Positions 39,613 to 53,600 of a DNA stretch of 64,000 bases are shown here, one piece after another. This stretch comes from Dipteris shenzhenensis (lineage: Eukaryota). Under the pieces are notes generated by a model, which had not been told where the DNA came from, did not search any database, and was given only the letters and a program-made list of their open reading frames with translations. Both the position numbers and the translations under genes were made by a program. How positions within the stretch are numbered: position 1 is the stretch's first letter; each line of letters begins with the position of its first letter. Where the stretch lies: assembly GCA_047967505.1 (NCBI GenBank), contig CM106538.1. One strand, 5' to 3'.

Positions 39613-41269
39613 ATACATTCATGTAACTTTTATTTTCCCCCAAATCTTTCATGTGGGTTTCCGTTTCTCATCACACCTCCAAAATTGGTCGCCCATCAAT
39701 AAAGCATCATTTCCTTCTACTATTTTGAGACTATTTCATTGCTTGGGTAGTGGATACATCATACCACATGATATTTCTACCTATTTTTGTTTGCTTGCTT
39801 CCTTGCTTAGGGCATTAATGTAGCTTACATTATTTAACTTCCTTTCATCCTCAATGCAGTTGCCATGTCTTTTTATCTCTTCATCAAATAAGGTTAGGGG
39901 CTTTGAAACCCCCTTTCTTCTTCTAGGTTCTTCTCTTCAATTGTAACAGAGGATTTCCTTGTTCATCGCCTTGCATTGCTACTTTTCACCAGCAGCGTTT
40001 GTTAAGTTTTTTTGCTACTTGGATGCTTGTACAATATCCTATCACAAAATCCACATGAGCCCATTGATGAGGCATTACTTGGATGTGCAAAATGAGAGAT
40101 CATCGAAAAAATCAATGAGAGAAATACATATGAGGAGGGGGTGGAAGGGCAATATGCATGAGTGTGAATGGTGTGATAGGATGGCTTTGTGCAAATTAGA
40201 ATAGTATTACATGTGGGGGAAGGAGACTTGGGAGTAGCACAAATGGGAAAGAGAGACCTAAGTTGGATAAGAATAAGGAGAGAATGGGATGTTCAAATGT
40301 TATATACATGAGGGAACATGTCAATCAAGAAAAAGCCCCATGTTAATAATCAATTAATTGGTCTCCCACATGCACAAGGTAGGTGGGGTTACCTTTGAGA
40401 ATAAGGGTCCTTTTAATACAGTTGGTTGTGACACTCCTTAGCCTCTCTTTTTGTAAAAATCAAAGCCGACTGGTAGTTTGAGCTTAGGTCCTCCGTTAGG
40501 CCACCTATGATCTTAGGTCATTGGCAGCTAGTTAGAGACCTTTGAGGGGCCACCTAAGGTGCATACCCCCACATGCATCCACCATGAATGGGGGCCACAT
40601 GGCACCATTCTACTAGTCTAACTAGCTAGCTTTACCATTTGTCACACAAGCACTTCAATCACTCTAGGGTATCTAATTAGATGTTTGTATTGCACTTATG
40701 CATGCATGTTAATGCATTTCATTGGAAAATTTGCATTTGACATTGATGACCTTAATTAAGAGAAGTGTTGGATGTGCAACCTTTGGTGGCAACATTCTCA
40801 TGGTGGGGATGGAAGGACCAATCCTCAAAATCAAAGAACCTCGAATCTTATTTTCAATTCAACTTAAGAAGATCCTCGCATTTGTTGAGAGACAAAACAA
40901 AAGCAAACGTATCATTCATTTATTGTTCCATAACATATTCTAGAAGTCTCACTGAAGAAAAGGACAAATTGTCAATGCTAAAGGGGTTTTGTGGGTTCAT
41001 TTTCATGCAAATGGTTGGGTGTTATCCCAAAGAATGGTGCCCTAGTTGGTTGTTACCATACCTACCTTGTGGGGCATGTCTATTAGAGGGGATATACTAT
41101 CCTCTTATAAGGAAGACATACTCAAAGGAAGGAAAGAGAACTGATGAAATAATGCTACTAGTTGAATATAATGTGGTTGAGAATTAACTTATGAAATTCT
41201 TCATCACCATAAGAACGGATTTCATCACCATAAGAACCAAGAAGGACGAGCCTTGAGAGAAGTAGAGAA

Positions 41270-41411
41270 ACATGTGTGTCCACACATGCACATGAATGTG
41301 CGTGCACAAAACACACACACACACACACATGCACACGCACACGCACACGCACATGCACGCATGCGCGCACGTTGCAGGCACGGGGAGAGAGAGAGAGAGA
41401 CAGAGAGAGAG

Positions 41412-41461
<50 letters not shown>
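41270..41461. repeat. Compound (CA)n/(CACG)n and (GA)n microsatellite
   Basis: Read directly; it explains the overlapping low-complexity ORFs here. Confidence 0.95.
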
Positions 41462-41463
<2 letters not shown>

Positions 41464-42289
41464 TTTTTGGGCATCTCCCTTGCTTGTCATATATGATGAC
41501 ATTGAAAAGTGGTAGTTGTCTTGCTTTCCCGTGGCGTGCAAGGTGAGGGCATCAACCACACTTTCCCCATGGCGTGGAATGTGAGGGCTTTGAACACACA
41601 TTATTTCGTCGTCATTTCCCAAAGTTTTTTTTTGTTTGGTGATACTTATTCTTTTGATAAACTTCTATGCATAAAAAATGGTCAGCCGATGTTGATTAAT
41701 TACATATATCAAATAGGTTCTTGCCATGCTTCATAACTAATTTATTTTCCCAACATTTAGGGGCACCCAATAAGTCATTTAGGCACTCCTTTCGACCCTT
41801 ACTCTTTTTTAATAAATATTTCTCCGTCGTATATTCTTATGTTAATTTTGTCCTCTTTCCACCCTTTCCCCTTGTGTCCCTTCCACTCTTAAATAAAAAT
41901 TTTCATATTTAATGCGAGGCACTATTTTTATGTCTTTCCATCGTGCCTCTTCCATTGCGTGAGGTAAGAGACACTATGTTATGTTTTTATGTTTTATTGA
42001 AAAAAACACGAGGGAATCAGGATCCCATCACCGGAGGGAATTAGGATCCCTTGAGAGAGGGGGGGGGCAAGGTGCAACGAATGGTATAATTGGGAAGGTT
42101 CAAGTGGGCGGCAAGGAAAGGGAGGAGAGGCGTGAATGTGAAGAGAACCGTCCGGAAAGGACAGCTTCAGCAAAGGGAGTCGGTGTGAACGGAACCTTAA
42201 GGAAAGGAGAAGGGTATCCAAAGTTGAGCCTCCCGTTGACAGATAAGAATCGTGTGGAAGAAGGGGTGCGTGCCAGCAGGACGAATGAG

Positions 42290-42512
42290 TACCGACCACG
42301 TGTAAGGACAACTGACCGGCTAGTATTAAGGAGGTTGACCGGAGGGGCCGGCGGTAGCCGGTTGGCGACTGGCTAACGGAAAGCGGACCAATAAGTATAC
42401 GCCACGTGTGTGGGGAGACGACTGGCTAGACGGCCGCGCCTTGTTAAGGATGGTGACCGGAGGGACCGGTGGGAGCCGGTGGGTGACCGGCTACTGAATG
42501 CTATATAAACAG
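42290..42512 (+). promoter_or_regulatory. Polyubiquitin promoter: two G-box-led duplicated modules, CCAAT and TATA box
   Basis: CACGTG at ~42297 and ~42403, ccaat at ~42388, ctatataaa at 42501-42509 about 140 bp upstream of the ATG; CpG-rich relative to the flanks. Confidence 0.7.
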
Positions 42513-42557
42513 CCAACGGGTCTGCACCCTTTCATCTTTTCGTCTTCTTCTTCTTAG

Positions 42558-43559
<1,002 letters not shown>

Positions 43560-43691
43560 ATATTTGTGTGCAACGAAGGGTCAGGACTCTTAGTGTGATC
43601 TGCTAGCGCATCTTAAAGCTAATCTCTGTACTGGATCTAGCAGTTCTGCTGCTATATTAGAGTCCATGAATTCTACAATAATCTGTTCTGT

Positions 43692-44149
43692 GGCAACAGC
43701 ACTAGCTTGTATCTATAATAAGTGGCAATCGCCTGTGTGATTATAATAAGACCCTTCGGTTTATTACGGCTTCCTTCTCTTTCTGAGCGCACTGGTTGAT
43801 CAATCTCTTCTCTCTGCAGCCATATGTAGCTGTTAATGTCTGGCATCTTTTTTTTGTAGCAAGCGCTTGATATGTTGTATGTATTGTCAACAATCACGTC
43901 CATAATTCGATAATAAGCTCTACGGTGACAACAGCACTTCTAAATAAATGGCAATCGCCTGTGTAATGATAATAAGCCCCTTCGGTTTATTTTGGCTTCA
44001 ATATTTTTCTCTCTTTCTGAGTGCACTTCGATACATCTAGTTCCATGATTGATCAATCTCTTCCTCTGCAGTTATAGGTAGCTGTTAATGTCATATCTTT
44101 TTTGGTAGCAAGCTCTTGATATGTTACCTGTTGCCAACAATCACGTCCA
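43692..44149 (+). repeat. Diverged ~235-bp tandem duplication in the polyubiquitin 3' region
   Basis: caacagcact..ggcaatcgcctgtgt..ccttcggtttatt..tgatcaatctctt..caacaatcacgtcca occurs twice. Confidence 0.88.
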
Positions 44150-45892
44150 GTCTGTCTTGCTTGCCCCTCCCTTGGGAGGGGATGTGCAATCCTTTTTTTG
44201 CAGCAAGCTCATGATATATTTTTGAAAAGCAAGATGTTCTTGAAGTGAAGCATGTAATACCGTGGGGAATGAATGTAGTAAGCTACTATCCATTTTGCCA
44301 AATATGTAGTTACATATCTGCAGCAAATTCCACCGCCTAATATATTTCAATTTTATTGCCTGACGTTTGCTGGCACAGCTTGGCATATCTAGTTTGTCCA
44401 GATGATACGTATGTATGGAAGATGAATTTTCTTTTGCTGTTCATGAAGGGGATTCATGAAGGGGAGTAAATTTATTGTCTTCAGTCAAAAATTTTGGTCT
44501 AGGGTTGGGAGTGTATGATGCGAATGGACACATAATAGCGCTTTGTATCGCGTATAGCTTTGAATCGCCTAGGCCCTAGAGTCTCCGTTGAATTCTATAA
44601 CCGAAACAAATATATAGAGAAACAAATATATAGAACTAATTGAAATTTCACCGCATGCAGTGAATCTCTGATATTGAAAAGAAACTTCTGAAAGTAGTTA
44701 CATTGAAATCAAGCTATGTCAGAAAGTAAATACATTGAAACCAAGTAGATTCATTGGCTCTTCTTTCCTTCTTTGCGTACTTCTTGCGTACACACAATTG
44801 CTAGATATCATGGGGCACATACTCCCTATTATTATTCTTCTTGCCTTCTTCCTCGTTGAAGCTATGTCCATGGCATCATATCAAATGCTTGTTAGAGAGG
44901 GCGATGGCTGCATCGCTTGCTTTCAATTCTCTTCAAATTCAATCCTTGGCCTTCTCCTTCACAATTACATCTCTGGGATCTTTGCCATCCCTACTAAATC
45001 CACTTGGTATCGTCACTGGAACTCGAGAAATCATTCCCTCCATGCTGACCCCGATGGCTTATTCCCTTCTTGCAACGTGCTCCGTCTTCTAGGCAGTGAA
45101 GGGGGCTTTGGATCCCTTCAGGCACTGGTATCAAAGCTGCCTGAAGGGATCCAAAGCTGGCAAAAAGAAGACCAGAAATTAAGATGCCTTTCGGAATATT
45201 ATTTGTACCTAGACTCTGCTAGGTGAATATGGGGAAGTGGAAGGCATGGAAAACAGAGGCGAAGGAATGAGAGCTTGTAAAGGCAACAAAAGAAATAGAT
45301 GAAATGGAAAGAAAAGGACTCGGAGAGCGATGGAAGGCGTGGAATCAGCCGTTGCGAGATTACTTGCTGAAGGTAGGAAATTTGGCAATTGAGCGTAAGT
45401 ACATTGAAGATGGAATGACAAGTTCTCAACGATCATGCATTTGGTAAGCCCATTCATTATTGTACAGTTTGCAGCACATTGAAGATGGACTGACAAGTTC
45501 ATGGACTGACAAGTTCTAATCGTTCATTATTGTACAGATTGCAAAACTTTGGCACAGGATTTGTGAAAGTTCTATAGATTTTGTTTCATCCTCTTCTTCG
45601 TCTTCCTCTTCCTCTTCAACCATCGATCTTTCTTCTTCGTCTTTGTCTTCCTCTCTATGATCTGTCTCAGCTCACATCCCACATCTTCTGTTGCTTGCTC
45701 TCGATTCTTTTCCACTCCACTCAAACATTGATCTTTATGATCCCACATCTTCTGTTGCTTGCTCTCGATTCTTTCCCACTCCACTCACTTTGTCGCCATG
45801 GGAACCCCTTTTCTCTTTCAACTTCACCATTTTTGGTGCCATTCCATGGCTACTCCTCCTTGCCCTCATTGCTGCACATTACTTGGAAGGCA

Positions 45893-46430
45893 TTGTCTTC
45901 TCGCAGACCTGTGAAGTGTTATGGAAGAAGAAGGGGGAGCCATTTCACCGGATGGGGGTCAAGGCATCGTCTTCTCATAGACCTGTTAAGTTTTATGGGA
46001 GAAAAAGGGGGAGCCATTTCACCGCATATGGTCCGGCTGATGCTGAGATATGATCTACCGGAGGAGCTCTACGATAATTTGCCAATGATCAACCGAATAG
46101 TTTCAAATGCTAAAATTGACTCAACCATGCTTCGTTTTTTGGAGCCACTGCTCCCCACCTATTTTTTCAACGAGAGATGATGGTGACGGAGGACTCAAAT
46201 CCATAGCTCGTATCATCAATACACCGTTTATGGAGAGCAAACATACTATGATCGAGAGCTGGATGAGTCTTTCCAAGATCCAACCGCTTCAAGTTCCGTT
46301 TTCAGGTTCTTGCAGAGACGGTCACGCAGCTTAGGGACAAGAGGCATTGCGGAGGGCTAAGTTAAAGTTTTCGGGTCGTCAAAAGATCATCGTGAGCAAA
46401 AAATGGTGGGTAATTCCAAGACAATGCTTC
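45893..46430 (+). pseudogene. RPL10: 60S ribosomal protein L10 (uL16)-like pseudogene fragment
   Basis: 46290-46410 reads [38 protein letters not shown] versus RPL10 [34 protein letters not shown]. N-terminal SRRPVKCY resembles GRRPARCY. Confidence 0.7.
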
Positions 46431-47099
46431 AAAGCGCTATATTTTTTGTGCAAGCATTGCAGCTTTGATTATGCTGATACAGACTGCTAATGATGCACCG
46501 TTGGGCAAAATGGCAGGGGATTCACTGGATTCTCGTGACAGGACTGGCATCCAATTCGAGGTTGCCACATGGACTGCACGATAGATGGCAGTACATAGCA
46601 GACAACCAATTGCCACGTGCCAAGTTGAGGGGTGCTCTAGATCAGTTGAGGGAGCTTGACTATATATAGATCACTTACCTCCTCATTTCATCATCCGTTT
46701 CAGCATTCTTCAGCTTAGCATTAGCCCCTACAACCATCAATAGATCCACGTGAACCAACAATGCCTTGATCATTAGTTAGGGAGGAGGAGAAAAGGAGAA
46801 GCATGTCTCTCTCCATCTCCTCATGGAGATTCTTGAGGTACAAGCTGCCATGATTACCTATTGGAGTGGTCTGATTGCTTCTATAGTGAGGACCTAGCCA
46901 TGATGAGAGAAGGTTACACAAGTATTTCTACAGATGCCATCATGTTGAATCATTTCTCTCTCCCTTGTACATAGGATCCATTTAAGAAGGAAGGCCGCTA
47001 CATGTCTAGATCACATAAATTGGATTTCAATTTGATGTAGTGAAGGAGTCGACACCAAGAACGAGAGAGCAACGTCCATGCATGGAAGTGGATCTTGGC

Positions 47100-48425
47100 T
47101 TGTGTGCTTCTATAATGTGCTTGTGTAAGGATGCAAAGGCCTTGTCAGAAGGTAAGCGTGTCCATAGACAAATTATTGAGAGTGGCCTTAAGTGATACTA
47201 TTTTGGAATCCCTGTTCGTATAAATGTGTGGCGAATGTGGGACCTTGGTGTTTATCACTCTGGATGAGCATTGTGTTTCTTTGTGGAACTTTGTCATTAG
47301 ATTGCATGCCCGAAAAGAGAACAGTAAGGAGGCCCTCCGACTCCTCAAAGACATGCAAGTACAAAGAACGATGCCAGACAAGTTACATTCGCTTATACTC
47401 TTACTACATTTGCCAGTCTAGCAGCTTTAGAAGATGGCAAATGGGTGCATGCTCACATCCAGGAGGCTAGGTTCAAGGTAGATGTTTTTGTGGGAACTGC
47501 CCTTCTTAGTATGTATGCCAAGTGTGGTAGCTTAGATCATGCACTGGAAATGTTCAAAAAAATGCGAGAGCGAAATGTAGTTTCATGGAATGTCATGATG
47601 GAAGTGCATGCTTGAAATGGCAAATCCAAGTGAAGTTTTTGATGAGATGTAGAAAAATGTAGTAATGCCAGGGAGGGTTACTTTTACTTGCATTATCAAC
47701 GCATGTATTAGCTAGGCAACTCTAGCTAAAGGCAGGTGGGTCCATTAATTCATTCTAAAGAGTGAATTTGACCCAGATATTGTGGTGGAAAATGCTTTGA
47801 TCCACATGTATGGGAAATGTGGAGTCCTTGAGGATGCACATAGAACTTTTGAGAGAATGAAAAACCGGGATGTGGTATCTTGGATTGCTATGATTTTGCT
47901 TATGCCTTCCATGACAAGGGATGAGAGGCTGTCCAGCTATATTTTTAATATGTAAATATTCAGATGAGGCGACTCTCATTGCAGTTCTGGAGGCATGCGC
48001 AAGCAAGGCTTTGTTACCTGAAGGCAAGTGGTTGCATTTGCAGATCTCAAAGAGTGGCATCCAACTAGATATTCTCATGGGAAATGCTCTTGTCAGTATG
48101 TATGGAAAATGTGGATGTTTAGACAATGCAAGGGAGGTTTTTGACAAAATGCCCAAGCAAGATGTAGTTAGATGGACTGCTCTAATAGCAGCCTATGGTC
48201 AGCGTGGGCTAGGAGAGGAGGCTTTTCCAACTATTCAGTAGAATGCATCAAGAAGGAATAAAGCTAAACAATGTGACCGTTGTTTGTGTTGTCAATGCAT
48301 GCATAGGCCGTGGAGCATTAGCTGGAGGTCAGCAAGTGCATGCCTGCATTTTGGATCTTGAATTACCTCAATATGTTGATGTGGGGGCTGCTCTTATGAA
48401 TATGTATGGAAAGTGCGGTAGTCTC
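47100..48425 (+). pseudogene. PLS-class PPR pseudogene, 3'-truncated
   Basis: Repeated motifs VGTALLSMYAKCGSL, NALIHMYGKCGVL, NALVSMYGKCGCL, ALMNMYGKCGSL with multiple in-frame stops and frameshifts; ends abruptly at an LTR remnant. Confidence 0.9.
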
Positions 48426-50644
48426 CAACAATGGTAGTCTCAAGACAACAATGCTTCTGCTCCTACATCTCCTCCAGATTTGGCTAGAACTGTGTTGGAA
48501 ATGACCAAGTCCGCCGTCACCCTACAGTGCACGTTGCACTAGGTGGGGTAACCATGACAGCTCTTAGTGCATATATCCTTGAGTGGTAACCCAAGGCATG
48601 TGTCAGCCACATGCACATGGGCTAGTATAGGGCGCAAAATGCCACTAGTCTTAGGTCCTGAACCACTCCCACCATGTATAACTCTAGTAAACCAAGTATT
48701 GGTGGAAGAGTTGCCCAGTCGCCTCCTGGAATGCCACCCCTATGAGGAAGGGAGCAGCTGATCCAGCATTATAAGCCATTACATCTATTAGGACGACCAA
48801 GATGTTCTAGTGTACCAAACAGCCCCGATCACTCAATGGGTGAGAGACATGAATACCTTGGTAAGAAGGTCCCCAATCTAATTGGATCACTGATGCTGAT
48901 TGGGCTGGTAGTATTTCTGATAGACGATCTGCAAGTGGATATATGTTCTCTTTTGGGAGTACTGCAGTCACTTGGAGTAGCAAATGGGATAGACAAAACA
49001 CATATCACATGGTCTACATCATATGGTGACTAGAGGTGATTTACAAAAGACATAACATATTCTTTTTGGAGTACTACTCTAGGTAGAGAACCTCAAAATT
49101 TGACCAAGTGATGATAAACAAAAAAGTGCTTAAAAAGCATAGTCTTCATAGGAGGCCTCATCTTGTGGAGGCACATCAATTGAAAGTCGATTGGCAGTTT
49201 CTGGCTTTGTAGTTGCTTCCTTTTTGGCTTTACAATACTTTTCATGGTGATTGTTTTTGCCACAATGTTTGCAAGGATTGATCTTGAAGCAATCTTTTGA
49301 GAGGTGATTAGTCTTCCCACAATGTCTGCAAGGTGAAAACTTGTCCTTTTGAGTTTTTATGGCATAGGCTATCTCATTGCCTCTCTGGAGTTCCATGTGC
49401 CTTTCTTCTTCTTGAAGAGCAGTAATAAGACCTTCAAGAGTAGGATTAGGAAGATTTTTCAAAGTGGTAACAACATGATCATAATCTTCAGGCATACTTT
49501 TGAGCAACACTGCCATTGCATCATCTGTAGTGATTGGAGAGTTGATAGAAGCAAGTTGAGTCATGAGACTCCGCATGTGATTGACATGGGCAGCCAAAGG
49601 AGTGCCACTAGCCATCTTCAATTCAAAGAAAGAAATCTTAAGTGACAATTTTGAGATGTGAGAGCTAGCACCAAAAATAATATCAAGCTTCTGCCAAGCT
49701 TCAGAAGGAGACTCCAAATCAGAAATGTGATGAATATAGTCATCTCCTAAGCCAAGAGCAATGATGCCATAGGCTTTCTCCTCTCTAGCAGGATCTCGTG
49801 TCGAGCGTGTCAGAGCTGAGGATTCTCCAGCATTAGAGGCTGTTGAAGAAGAAGTTGAAGCAGGTTTGACAAACATCAGAAATGCTAAAGTAGCATCTAA
49901 TGTAGCATCAAACTCACAACATTGTCAAAACTATCCAAAACAAAGGCCTGAACTTGGAGGGTGCAATTCTCACAGCTCATAGCTCTATTCAAGGGGGTTT
50001 TTATGCAGGAAGAAAGGTCTTATACCAGAGAAGGTCCACCACCAAGGAAGGGCGCAATGTTGCACCAGGTTGCCATAGCCAAGCTTGAGAAAACCGACTG
50101 GTTTTTTGTCTGTTGCGCCTCCATTTCTTGTCCAAACAAGCTCAGATTTCAACAACAGCTTGCCTTCAGTGTCTTCCAGCTTAGGCTCAGAGGAATTTGT
50201 AGATAGGTAAGCACAGAGGCGGCATTGTGCGAAAGTTTGTCGAGGAGTCTTCGTGTTGGTCTTGCGCGTACAGAGGAAATTTCCCTAAATGCTTGCAGTT
50301 GGAAGTTTGCCTTTATGTGAGGAGTCTGCAGCTCAAAGGGTTTGAGCAATGGTCACTTGTAGGCAGAGAACAGAGCTCTCAAAGATTTGGAGAAGAAGGA
50401 GGAAAATGGAGAAGATGAAGAAGCTTTGAGAAACTAGTAGTTTATGCTAGAGAAAGCATCTAATGCTAGGCTAGGCTAGATCTAGAACCTAAGGCTCTGA
50501 TACCAAGTGTAGAATCTCGTAGGATAGAATAGATGCACTTGCAAGAGGTGTGAGAGCACAATGAAAGCAATCTGTTGTTCTCTATTATGATTGTGAGAGA
50601 GAGGTCTCTCTCTTATAGAAAGGGGGAGAAGGTAATACCTTCCC
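48426..50644 (-). mobile_element. Gag-only non-autonomous copia-type LTR element (TR-GAG-like)
   Basis: PBS tggtatcagagc (tRNA-iMet) on minus at 50494-50505 next to the LTR end at 50508; gag ORF ends in a stop; ~650 bp with no pol; then PPT ggaggaga (48468-48475) and a 3' LTR stub starting tgtag at 48467. Confidence 0.82.
49130..49876 (-). CDS. Copia-type Gag protein with two CCHC zinc knuckles
   Basis: Intact 248-aa ORF with a UBN2-like core (AWQKLD..F, LLKSMPEDYDHVVTTL) plus CRHCGKTNHLSKDC and CKHCGKNNHHEKYC. Confidence 0.85.
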   Translation of the reverse strand: MFVKPASTSSSTASNAGESSALTRSTRDPAREEKAYGIIALGLGDDYIHHISDLESPSEAWQKLDIIFGASSHISKLSLKISFFELKMASGTPLAAHVNHMRSLMTQLASINSPITTDDAMAVLLKSMPEDYDHVVTTLKNLPNPTLEGLITALQEEERHMELQRGNEIAYAIKTQKDKFSPCRHCGKTNHLSKDCFKINPCKHCGKNNHHEKYCKAKKEATTKPETANRLSIDVPPQDEASYEDYAF

Positions 50645-53600
50645 TGAGAGTGCTCTCAACGGAAGCAAGAACGGAAGAGGGAGAGAGAGAAATAGAGAGC
50701 CACACAAGTTTTGGTGGGTGCAGAACACCCTAATCTTCTTTTTCATTCATTTATATATGTGTTTGAGTATTGTACATAACCAGGGTAAAGGCACAGTGAC
50801 CTTTAACCCCCACAACCTCCCACTTAAAGGACAATGTGCCTTTAAGGGAGAACAACTAGTGAGCATACTATCCAATGCCCATCAATACATGACAATACTC
50901 AAACCGCTGACTAGGTAGACTCTTCGTCAGCATATCTGCAGGGTTATCATCTGTATGAACCTTGACAAGCTCTATGCGCTTGTCCTCAAGTACCTCCCTG
51001 ATGAAATGGTACCTGACCTCAATGTGTTTGGTCTTTGCATGAAAGACCGGATTTCGTGCTAGCTGAATAGCAGTCATGGAATCACTATGCAATGTCGGTA
51101 CACCTGTATGAATCCCCAAATCTCCCACTAGCCAATCAAGCCATATAGCCTCCTTGCAACCCTATGTGGCTGCAACATACTCAGCCTCTGTGGTAGACAA
51201 AGCAACACCCTTTGTGCGTGAGACATCCACGACACTGCACCACCTGCAAAGGTGAACACATAACCAGAAGTGGATCTCCTACTATCCACATGCCATGCAT
51301 AGTCTGAATCTGCGTACCCAAGTACACACATGTCTCCTTTACCAAAGCAGATGCACATCTCCTTGGTACCCTTCATGTACCTCATGATGCACTTAACTGC
51401 CTCCCAATGCCTCTTTCCTGGATTAGCCATATACCGGCTAACAACTCCCACTGCAAATGCAATGTCTGGTCTAGTAGCTATCATAGCATACATAAGACTC
51501 CCAACTGCTGATGCATAAGGAACCTTGGCCATCATGGCCCTTTCCTCATCTGATTTGGGACTATCTGTATGACTCAGTTTCACATATGGAGGCAATGGAG
51601 TACTCACTGCCTTCCCCCCCTCCATATTGAAATGCTGCAATACTTTTGTAATTCGTGAAAGCCAAAGGAGTTTCCTACTCTGATCACGCGTGATGCAAAT
51701 ACCAAGAATATGACCTGCAAGTCCCAAATCCTTCATATCAAAGGCCTCATGCAACTTGGCCTTTAATGCATCTAGCTCATAAGTATTCTTGCTAGCCAAT
51801 AGCATATCATCCACATATAGTGCCATGATTATCAGGCTATTATCCTTAGCCCTTTTAGTGTAGAGGCAGTGATCAATTTCACTCCTTCTAAAACCCTGGG
51901 ACCGAATGAAAGCATCAAACTTCTGATACCATTCTCTAGGCGCTTGCTTAAGACCATAGAGACTCTTCTTCAGCTTGCAAACTAAATGCTCTTTGCCCTT
52001 TTCTTCAAAGCCTTCCGGTTGCACCATGTAAATTTCCTCATGCAAATCCCCATGCAAGAAAGCTGTCTTGACATCCATCTGCATAAGCTCCATATCCTCT
52101 GATGCCACTAGTCCAAGCATGCATCTCAGTGTGGTCATCTTCACAATCGGAGAGAATATCTCATCAAAGTCCACACCCTTCTCTTGCTTGAACCCTTTAG
52201 CGACCAAACAGGCCTTGTACCTAGGCACATCATCACCTGTGACCTTCATTTTGTAGACCCATTTACATGGCAATGCTTTCTTTCCATGTGGCAAAGAAAC
52301 CAAGTCCCAAGTCTTATTCTTCATAAGTGAACTCATCTCTGATTACATAGCATACTCCCACTTGCATTGATCCTCACGCATCATAGCCTCTCTGTAGCAA
52401 GAAGGCTCCCCGCAATTAGTAAGCATCACATAGTCTACTCCTGGAACAAACCTATTAGGTGGTCTAGACACTCTAGATGATCAGCCACATTTGGCTCATC
52501 ATTTCCACTAATAGATGATCCATCATCTACCCTTGATTGTATACCTATGGGAGTACTTGGTGGTACCATTTCTTGCACATTTGGTGCATGGACATCTTGC
52601 TGTCTATCAACATATGCACGTGGATTCACATCCTGGAAAGTGATTCTCCTCATTTCCACATCCCTCATGGGTGCCTTATGCATCTTCTTCTCATTGAAGA
52701 CTACATCATGGCTGTGTATGATCTTCTTTGCTTCTGGATCCCAGAGACGATAGCCCATCTCTCCACTTTCACCATAACCCAGAAAGATGCATTTCCTAGA
52801 CTTAGGATCTAGCTTCTTTCGAAGCTCTTTTGGCACATGTGCATATGCCTCATACCCAAATATACGCAAATGAGAGTAAGAGGGCTTCTTGCCACTCCAT
52901 GCCTCTTCAGGAATACCACCATCCAAACTCTTACTAGGTGATCTATTGATCACATGCACTGTAGTCTTCATTGCCTCAGTGCAAAAACCACCAGAAAAAC
53001 TTGCATTGGAAAGCATGCATTGCAACCTTTCTTGAATGGTACGGTTCATCTTTTGTGCAACTGGATTTTTCTTTGGAGTACGAGGGGATGTGAGCTCCCT
53101 CTTAATCCCACGTGTATCACAGAAATGCTGAAAGTCATGAGAGAGATACTCTCCACCATTGTTAGTTCGTAGGCATTTAAGCGTTCTACCTGACTGATTC
53201 TCAACCAAGGCCAGCCATTTCTGAAATACCTGAAACACATCACTCTTCCGAGCTATAGCATAAGCCCACACTTTCCTAGTTGCATTATCAATGAATGTCA
53301 CATAGTATTCAGCCCCACCTAATGACCGTGTAGGCATGGGACCACATACGTCTGAATGCACCAAATCAAGCTTTTCAAACTCTTTCTTTCCTCTTCTTTT
53401 ATGGGCTGATTTAGTCTGCTTCCCATAGAGATAGTGCTCACAAAATTCAAAATCAGAGAAACTCAAATGCGGTACATAACCCAAACGGCATAAGAGTTCC
53501 ATTCCATTCTGGCTCATGTGCCCCAACCTACAATGCCACAAAGAAGTGCTTGGCTGCTCGGTTATTGCAACAACATGATCAAATACCCCTGATACATGTA

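Noticed and set aside
41158-41622. Several overlapping ORFs rich in SL, ER, HT and CV
   Set aside because: Translations of (GA)n and (CA)n microsatellites.
44735-45226. 163-aa hydrophobic ORF downstream of ubiquitin
   Set aside because: Non-ATG start, no recognisable domain, no supporting signals.
46490-47057. Possible solo LTR between the RPL10 relic and the PPR pseudogene
   Set aside because: TATA and LTR-like texture, but boundaries and TSD could not be established.
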